NCBI GenBank assembly: GCA_964016885.1
Contig: OZ024746.1
Coordinates: 18,290,001 to 18,354,000 of the forward strand
Direction: 5' to 3'
Origin: Eledone cirrhosa
Taxonomy: Eukaryota
DNA length: 64,000 nucleotides
Position numbers and translations under genes: made by a program. The notes beneath the pieces were generated by a model. It had not been told where the DNA came from, searched no databases, and saw only the letters and a program-made list of their open reading frames with translations. Positions 54,972-64,000 of the stretch are shown here, piece after piece (position 1 is the stretch's first letter; each line of letters opens with the position of its first letter).

Positions 54972-56142
54972 AAATTGCATAATAGATGTATAATATATAT
55001 ATATATACATATAGGAAAATTTTTAACCCCGACGGCAGAGCTCAAGCCGTTTCGACGGCTATTTCTGGACCAAATTTTCCTATTGACCACTCTACTACCC
55101 AAAGTATTGAGTACTCTGGTGCATTATGGTCCATCTTCCTTCGTTATATACATATATATAACTGCCACTCTGTTAGTTACGACAAAACTGCCTGCTCACC
55201 AAATTAACGTGCAAATGGTTGAGCATTCCACAGACACGTGTACTGTTAACCTAATTACAGGTACATCTCATTGAAGCAACATGGAGTAAAGTGTCTTGCC
55301 TTCGAATACAACACACCACCGGGAATCAAACTCATGACCTTACAATCAGAAGCCGAATACCTTAACTACAAAGCCAAGTACCTTCACAGACACACATACA
55401 CATATATATATATATATATACACACAGATTGGCAGTATCGGTAGAGCATCAGACGTCATGCTTTGTAACAGAGTTATGGCCCTTTACGTTTTGAGTCCAA
55501 ATCCCGCCAAGGTTAACTTTGCCTTTCATCCTTACGGGGGTCGATAAAATAAAGTACCAGTGATACACTGGGGTATTTGTTGGCCTTGTGCCAAAAGTAG
55601 AAACAATTATATATATCTATACATACATATACACATGCATATATGTATGTATATATATATATTCCCCTATCATCATCATTGTTTAATGTCTATTTTTCAT
55701 GAGCATGGGTTAGACAAGTTGCTCTGTTGAGAGACGAGCCAGGTCAGATGACCATGTCTTGCTCATACAAAACTGGTTTTGGCTTGGTTTCTACGGCTGG
55801 ATGCCCTTCATAACACCAACCATATTTAGTGTGCGCAGGGTGCTTTTTGTCGTGACACCTTCATGACCACTCAACATTCTGGGCAGGGTGCTTTTTGTCA
55901 TGACACCAAAACAACCACTTTACAGTTTGGACTAGTGATTAAGGTGGGGGGTGTAAAGGTAAGGGCGGTGTATGGAAGGAGAAGGAAATAGCAGTAAGGT
56001 AGGTCTTCAGTATTACTGCATAACGCCAAAGATCTCAATTCTGTGCAATTGTGCAAGGTCAGCTTTTACCACCTCCTCCCAGGCCTTCCTATGTATATTA
56101 TATTAATAAAAGATCAGAAACAATATTCAGTTGATTCACGTT

Positions 56143-56226
<84 letters not shown>

Positions 56227-56229
<3 letters not shown>

Positions 56230-56767
56230 TTGTTATACTTTGGGAGGGTCATGTTGCCAATAAGAAACACACGCACCAGTTGCTTTCACTTCAATTTATT
56301 ATAATAAATTTATAAATTTAGGAATTCATAAATTTCCGGTTGGTTGGTTGGTTCCACAACCAGATGGTTGTTTATATATTGTCAAAGTTCTTTCGTCACA
56401 CATTCTGTGACCTCTTCAGTGACTGGGGGTTCTTTTCTTTGTTTCTCTCCTTTGTTCTGTCCTATGCCATCTTGTTCAGAACAAAGGAGAAGCACAAAAA
56501 ACAAAGAAAAGAACCCCCAGTCACTGAAGAGGTCACAGTATTTGTGACGAAAGAACTTTGACAATATATAAACAACCATCTGGTTGTGGAACCAACCAAC
56601 CAACCGGAAATTCATAAATTCCTAAATTTATAAATTTATTATAAATTAAAGTGAAAGCAACTGGTGCGTGTGTTTCTTATTGGCAACATGACCCTCCCAA
56701 AGTATAACAATATCGGTTTCAACACACGTTTTCAGATAAAGAATCTTGCTAAAAAAATTCAGAAACG

Positions 56768-56770
<3 letters not shown>
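56227..56770. mobile_element. fold-back palindromic element (arms of about 232 bp, spacer 56460-56476, right extension) with hammerhead motifs
   Basis: long near-perfect inverted repeat between (TA)n tracts; the same terminus occurs at 16923-16980. Confidence 0.8.
56520..56562 (+). ncRNA. minimal hammerhead motif; mirror copy 56381-56423(-)
   Basis: GUCA-CUGAAGA-G-GUCAC(loop)GUGAC-GAAA-GAAC-UU-UGAC; stem I 4 bp, stem II 5 bp, very short stem III. Confidence 0.6.
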
Positions 56771-56838
<68 letters not shown>

Positions 56839-56841
<3 letters not shown>

Positions 56842-59351
56842 TCATCGTTTAACGTCCATGTTCCACGCTTGCATGGGTTTGGACGGGAGTTTTCCCACTT
56901 GAGGCAAGAGTGGTTGTCTTGCTCACATAGGACTGTCTGGCGGGTTTTCTACAGCTGGATGCCCTTCCTAACACCAACCACATTTACAGTGTGGGACTGG
57001 GAGGTTTTTACCGTGTTGCCTACACGGCCACATTACAGCGTGGACTGTGTGTTTTTTTTGTCGTGACACCTTATACGATCTCATTTGTTTCGGCCTGGAT
57101 GTTGTGGCACCAACATAACTTTACATTGAAAGGGGCGGTGTGGATGGGGTGGGGGTGGTGGGACGGGGGGGTTGTTTTGTTAGAGATGCCTACTGACTGT
57201 AGTAGGTTTTACTTTGTATTTCAGGTAAGGCGGGTCTTCTCTATTACTGAGTACCGCCAAAGATCTCGGTCCAGTGACATTGTCTTGGAGAGGTGTAAGT
57301 GTGTGAGGTCGGAATTTATCAGGTCGTCCCAGGTTGTTCTGCGTCTGCCTGCTCCATGGCTACCGTATATCTTTATTGCCCTGCACTTTCATGCGCATCA
57401 CGTGACCATACCAACGTAGCCTTCTCTCGACTAAACAACATCTGATCCCTCTTATTTCTAATTTTTCCCTTAGTTCATTTATGCTTTGCCGTTCGCGTAT
57501 ATTACTATTACACATCCAGCGGAGCATGCAAGCTTCGTTCCTCTCTAGTCTGCGTATATCCTCTGCACACAATGCCCAGGTCTCACTGCCATGCAACATT
57601 GCTGTTCGTATGCAGGCATCATACAGCCTGCCTTTCATTTTTAGGGAGAACCCTTTAGCGGCTAATAGTGGTATAAGCTCTCTGAACTTTTTCCATCCAG
57701 TTCTGACTCTAGCTACTGTACTTTCAGAGCATCCACCCCCACTGCTGATTTTGTCACCCAGGTAACGGAAGCTGTCCACTATTTCTATAGAACCCTCTGC
57801 GCAATTGAAAGAGCTAGTATTTTGTGGGCACTTGCTGCTACTTATTGCACCAGAGCACCGGCCACATGTAAAATCTATGTTCTTAGTTAGCTTACCTGTG
57901 ATCCCACTACATCTTTTATGCACCCATACTTTACATTTGGGACATAAAATGGAGTTTCTACCTACGCCTTTCCTACACACTGAGCATGGCCATTTCCCGG
58001 AAGGGACCGGCGCCTTATTTTCTTTCCTACAAACTAGAACTTTAGTCTTAGCCAGGTTAATTTTAAGGCCTTTTGATTCTAGGCCGTGCTTCCATGTTTG
58101 GAATTTCTTCTCTAGCTCGGCCATTGATTCAGCTATGAGCGTTAGATCATCTGCGTATAGGAGTTCCCATGGGCAGCCGGTCTTGAACTCCACTGTTATA
58201 CCCTGTAGGGCAATAATAAATAGTAGGGGGCTAAGAACAGAGCCCTGATGAACACCAACTTTTACGCTAAACTCTTCACTATATTCGTTGTTAATTCTAA
58301 CCTTGCTGACTATTTCTTTATACATGGCTTGTATAGCTCTCACAAGCCATTCATCAACACCTAGTTTTCTAAGAGCCCACCAGATAATGGAACGGGGGAC
58401 TCTGTCGAACACTTTCTCCAAGTCAACAAAGGCTAAGTATAGGGGTTTACTTTTAGCTAGGTACTTCTCCTGTAGTTGTCGTACAATGAAAAGAGCGTCT
58501 GTGGTACTTTTGCCTGACACAAACCCGAACTGCATTTCATCTAGATCAATTCTCTCTCTGATTAGTTGCACTATTAATTTTTCCGTGACCTTCATGACCT
58601 GGTCGATTAATTTAATGCCTCTATAGTTACTCCTATCTAGGGCATCTCCTTTACCCTTGTAACAGTTAATGATGATGCTGCTACGCCAGTTCTTCGGAAC
58701 AACCCCATTCTGTATGACTTGGTTTACTATCCGGGTGACCATGGTGTGTCCCACCGTTCCAGAGGCTTTCAGCATCTCAGCAACTATTTCCGAAGGCCCA
58801 GCCGCCTTACCCGTCTTCATGTCTTTGATTGCCTTACTTATTTTACTACCTTCAACTAACACTGCTGGTCCCTCTATTGGATCGATCTGGGGGAGACTAT
58901 CCTTCTCCCATTTATTCTCCTCATTTAGTAGCCTTTCGTAGTGACACTTCCAAGCTACCTTCTTATCAGCGTCAGTGATGGCAAGTACGCCATCATCATT
59001 TAGTACACACTTCTCCCCGACAATATCACGGTTTTCCTTGACACATTGCCTAGCAATCCTGAACACCTCACGTTTTTGGTCCTCGCGTTGTAGAACATGC
59101 TTGAACTTTCTTTCCTCTGCTTCCCTTCTTGCGAAGTACACTTGTCTCCTAGCTTCCCTCCTGGCCACTTGATAGTCTTCTCTACTTCCCCCATCCCGCC
59201 ATACTTTCCAAGCCTGCTTTTTGGCCTTAATCGATTCCTCCACCTTACTGTTCCACCACCATGTTACTCTCCTCCTGCCTATAGGCCTGCTCCGGCCACA
59301 GACTTCGTCTGCCGCCATCAGCAGGTTTGCTTTCAGGAATTCCCACTGTTC

Positions 59352-59355
<4 letters not shown>
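56839..59355 (-). mobile_element. 5'-truncated RTE LINE (related subfamily) with an uninterrupted 652-aa RT ORF (57360-59318)
   Basis: complete RT motif set NYRGIKL, QFGF, DLEKVFD, QGSVLSP, YADD, YLG; 3'UTR with (ATG)n tail. Confidence 0.95.
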
Positions 59356-59409
<54 letters not shown>

Positions 59410-59411
<2 letters not shown>

Positions 59412-59693
59412 TTATGTTGGTACCACAACATCCAGTCCTAAATAAATGAAGTCGTATAGGTGTCACAACAAAAAAACACAGTCCACGCTGTAATGTGGCC
59501 GTGTAGGTAACACAGTAAAAACCTCCCAGTCCACACTGTAAACGTGGTTGGTGTTAGGAAGGGCATCCAGCCGTAGAAAACCTGCCAGACAGTCCTATAT
59601 GAGCAAGACAACCAATCTTGCCTCAAGTGGGAAAATTTTCGTCCAAACCCATGCTAGCGTGGGAGATGGACGTTAAACGATGATGATGATGAC
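59410..59693 (+). repeat. RTE 3'UTR copy inverted relative to 56839-57120
   Basis: reverse complement of the 3'UTR of the adjacent LINE, ending ggacgttaaacgatgatgatg. Confidence 0.85.
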
Positions 59694-59754
59694 GATATAG
59701 ACACACACATCTAGCTCATGCTAGCATGGAAAAATAGACGTTAAATGATGATGA

Positions 59755-59799
59755 CATATTTATATATATACATACATATACATACACATATATACATAC

Positions 59800-59831
<32 letters not shown>

Positions 59832-60549
59832 ATACATACATACATACACATATATATATATAAATATACATATATATACATACATACATACATACACATA
59901 TATATATATAAATATACATATATATACATACATACACATATATATATATAAATATACATATATATACATACATACATACACATATATATATATAAATATA
60001 CATATATATACATACATACATACACATATATATATATAAATATACATATATATACATACATACATACACATATATATATATAAATATACATATATATACA
60101 TACATACATACACATATATATATATAAATATACATATATATACATACATACATACACATATATATATATAAATATACATATATATACATACATACATACA
60201 CATATATATATATAAATATACATATATATACATACATACATACACATATATATATATAAATATACATATATATATATATACATACATACATACACATATA
60301 TATATATAAATATACATATATATATATATACATACATACATATATATATACATACATACACATATATATATATATATATACATACATACATATATATATA
60401 CATACATACACATATATATAAATATACATATATATAAATATACATATATATATATATACATACATACACATATATATATATATAAATATACATATATATA
60501 TATAAATATACATATATATATATATACATACATACATACACATATATAA

Positions 60550-60598
<49 letters not shown>

Positions 60599-60617
60599 CA
60601 TACATACATATATATAA

Positions 60618-60660
<43 letters not shown>

Positions 60661-60927
60661 CATACATACACATATATATATATAAATATACATATATATA
60701 TATATACATACATACATACACATATATATATATAAATATACATATATATATATATACATACATACATACACATATATATATATAAATATACATATATATA
60801 TATATACATACATACACACATATATATATAAATATACATATACATATATATATAAATATACATATATATATATATATAAATATACATATATATATATATA
60901 TAAATATACATATATATATATATATAA

Positions 60928-60986
<59 letters not shown>

Positions 60987-60987
60987 A

Positions 60988-61015
<28 letters not shown>
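59755..61015. repeat. higher-order (TA)/(TACA) satellite with a unit of about 40 bp; resumes at 61428-61590
   Basis: repeating tacatatatatacatacatacatacacatatatatatataaa. Confidence 0.95.
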
Positions 61016-61018
<3 letters not shown>

Positions 61019-61428
61019 ATATAAGATCAAAAGATGGTTAAAGGAGTTCCATATATTTTATTATGCGCATTTCAAAAACAAACATCATCAAGCAATAATA
61101 TTTGTGTTTTCATCAGATAAAACAGGAGAACATGATATGAAGACTAAAAAACACTTGTTGATAGTGCAGTTTTAAATCAACATATCAACTGCACTATCAA
61201 CAAGTGTTTTTTAGTCTTCATATCATGTTCTCCTGTTTTATCTGATGAAAACACAAATATTATTGCTTGATGATGTTTGTTTTTGAAATGCGCATAATAA
61301 AATATATGGAACTCCTTTAACCATCTTTTGATCTTATATTATGCATACTCCAGTCCCACAAACTGTAGAGTGCTTCTTATCCGATATCTGCATTGCTTTA
61401 TTGTATTACAATAAAACTCACCTCCTAC
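61016..61428. mobile_element. fold-back palindromic element (arms 61016-61171 and 61187-61342, right extension to about 61428) with hammerheads
   Basis: apparently perfect arms of about 156 bp with a 15-nt spacer, inserted inside the satellite. Confidence 0.85.
61236..61302 (+). ncRNA. type I hammerhead ribozyme motif; mirror copy 61056-61122(-)
   Basis: UUUUAU-CUGAUGA-AAACA...UGUUUUU-GAAA-UGCGCA-UA-AUAAAA; 6-bp stem I, palindromic stem III AUGCGCAU, AUA triplet (cleavage after 61296). Confidence 0.8.
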
Positions 61429-62069
61429 ATATATATATATATATATACATACATACATACACATATATATATACATATATATATATATACATACATACAT
61501 ACACATATATATATATAAATATACATATATATATATATACATACATACATACACATATATATATAAATATACACATATATATATATAAATAGAAAGTGAA
61601 CAACACAAAATATTACTCCATTACCAAAGGTTTCTGGATCCAGACAATATTAATATAATTAAATAGCTCTGTTCTATACATAGAGCACTCTTTTTTCCTT
61701 TGCTTTTTCTTTGGAATTACCTAACATATATATATTTGTTTTGCAATGTTTTTGATATGAAATTGTGTGTTGTGTATATATGTATGTATATATGTATGCA
61801 AGCAGGGAAAAGCAGACTTAAAATGATGATGATGCTTTGTATGTATATATATGTATATTTATATGAATGTATATTTATGTATAAATATATATATATATAT
61901 ATACTTTTCTTTTTGCTTTCTTCTTTTTCTTTATCTATCTTTCCCTTTCTTTTTCTCCACATTTCTCTCTATCTCTCCATCTGTTTACTTACTCTTAACA
62001 CTATGACTTACTAAAGTAAACAAACCACTATCCGGATGGCCTCCAAAAACAACGGTCACCTTTTTAAAA

Positions 62070-62757
62070 GGGTACGTCAATATCTATTTGTAAAACTGTT
62101 ATATATTGTATTTTGTCTGATGAAGGCATACCATGATTTAACTTGGTATCCTTGAAATATGTATAATGAAATAAATATGGTTTTATAAATATAGTTTCCA
62201 TTTATTAATATTGTATATCTACTCCAAATATTTGTCGAGTGCTTTATATCAGTTATAATAATATTTGCTTGTTGTATCCCAACAATTTAAATAGAACTTT
62301 TGCATATATATATATATATATTATGTATAAATATATATATATATATATATATACGATATTAAACAAATGGAAACTATATTTATAAAACCATATTTATTTC
62401 ATTATACATATTTCAGGGATACCATATTAAAAATATGGCATGCCTTCGTCAGATAAAATACAATATATATAAACAGTTTTATAAATAATTTTGACGTACC
62501 CTATTATAATGGTCGCTTATAATAGGGTACGTCAAAATTATTTATAAAACTGTTTATATATTGTATTTTATCTGACGAAGGCATGCCATATTTTTAATAT
62601 GGTATCCCTGAAATATGTATAATGAAATAAATATGGTTTTATAAATATAGTTTCCATTTGTTTAATATCGTATATCTACTCCAAAAACTTGTCGAGTGCT
62701 TTATATCAGTTATAAAATATTTACTGGTTGTAACCCAACAATTTTAAATAAAACTTT

Positions 62758-62761
<4 letters not shown>
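62070..62761. mobile_element. cluster of hammerhead-bearing units of about 235 bp: 62070-62304(+), 62349-62508(-), 62516-62761(+); the last two form a palindrome
   Basis: shared unit gggtacgtcaa...aacttttgca ending in (TA)n; axis ctattataa-tggtcgc-ttataatag. Confidence 0.85.
62109..62173 (+). ncRNA. type I hammerhead motif; family copies 62395-62460(-), 62564-62629(+), 63570-63634(+)
   Basis: UAUUUUGU-CUGAUGA-AGG-C-AUACCA(loop)UGGUAU-CCU-U-GAAA-UAUGUA-UA-AUGAAAUA; variation among copies falls at N7 (U/C), in loop II or keeps stem II pairing. Confidence 0.8.
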
Positions 62762-62833
<72 letters not shown>

Positions 62834-62956
62834 ACATAGATCTATAGAATATGCATACCAACTCTAACACATATATATCCTAGAAACGATCGTAAAATGA
62901 TGAATTTTTTTTAATATAAGGAACTGTTTCTTTGTTTATTCATTATTTTATTAATT

Positions 62957-62991
<35 letters not shown>

Positions 62992-63404
62992 GTATAAATA
63001 TATATATATATACATATATATTTATGTATGAATATATATATATATATATATATACATATATATATGTATAAATATATATATATATACATATATATATGTG
63101 TGTGTGTGTGTGTGTATATTTATGTGTATATATATATATATATATACATATATACACATAAATATACACACACATATATATATATATATATACACACACA
63201 CATATATATATATTTATACATACATACATATAAATATACATACATATATATAAATATACATACATACATACATATCATCATCATCATTTTAAGTCCGCTT
63301 TTCCCTGCTTGCATACATATATACACACATATATACACAACACACAATTTCATATCAAAAACAATGCAAAACAAATTCATATATATATATATATATATCT
63401 ATAT

Positions 63405-63675
63405 AAAAGTTCTATTTAAATTGTTGGTATACAACAAGCAAATATTTTTATAACTGATATAAAGCACTCAACAAATAATTGGAGTAAAAATACGATATTA
63501 ACAAATGGAAACTATATTTATAAAACCATATTTATTTCGTTATACATATTTCAAAACTGCTCTATATTATATTTTATCTGATGAAAGCACACCATAATTT
63601 AACTTGGTGTCCTTGAAATATGTATAATGAAATAAATATGGTTTTATAAATATAGTTTCCATTTGTTAATATCAA
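63405..63675. mobile_element. further fold-back copy of the same family (left arm 63405-63553 on -, right arm 63560-63675 on +)
   Basis: inverted copies of aaatatggttttataaatatagtttccatttg; the right arm holds a full hammerhead motif. Confidence 0.75.
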
Positions 63676-64000
63676 ATATATATATATATATATACAGACA
63701 CACATATCATCATCAGCGTTTAATGTTCATTTTTCCATTCTCGCAGGGATTAGACAAGTTGTCCCATTGTGAGTCAAGTCAGGTCAAATGACCATATTTT
63801 GCTTATATGGAAGTGTTTTTCGTTTGGTTTAGATTCACAATTATAAGGTTTGTGAGTTCAATTCCTGGAGGTACATTGTGTTCTTGAGCAAGACACTTTA
63901 TTTCACTTTGCACCAGTTCACTCAGCTGTAGAAATGAGTTCCTCCTGTCACTGGTGCCAAGCTGTATTGGCCTTTGCCTTTCTTTTGGACAACATTGGTG

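Noticed and set aside
57481-59172. Plus-strand ORFs overlapping the LINEs
   Set aside because: Antisense shadows of the RT ORF, also seen over the other RTE copies.

Overview
AT-rich, repeat-dense animal genomic DNA. The SINE/RTE repertoire and huge (TA)n tracts suggest a cephalopod such as Octopus (inference). The host gene is a minus-strand DENND5 (Rab6IP1)-family gene. Nine GT-AG coding exons (40460 down to 1757) splice in phase into about 775 codons covering uDENN, cDENN, dDENN and the start of RUN1. The first exon was not found and the 3' exons lie beyond the left edge. The introns and upstream region hold RTE-clade LINEs (one near full length), many tRNA-headed SINEs, Tc1/mariner, pogo-like and piggyBac-like MITEs, a 2.5-kb non-autonomous Helitron, a 35-bp minisatellite, (TA)n satellites and a 200-N gap. 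The main unexplained signal is a set of apparently unrelated small non-coding elements (about seven families, 13 motif copies, several degenerate), each with a minimal type I hammerhead-ribozyme motif. Most are fold-back palindromes with one longer arm, inserted in (TA)n tracts, consistent with Penelope-like pLTR or retrozyme-type elements. Second, the Helitron retains an intact spliced mini-ORF encoding STPR-like repeats, antisense within a DENND5 intron. All calls were made by eye; repeat boundaries are approximate.
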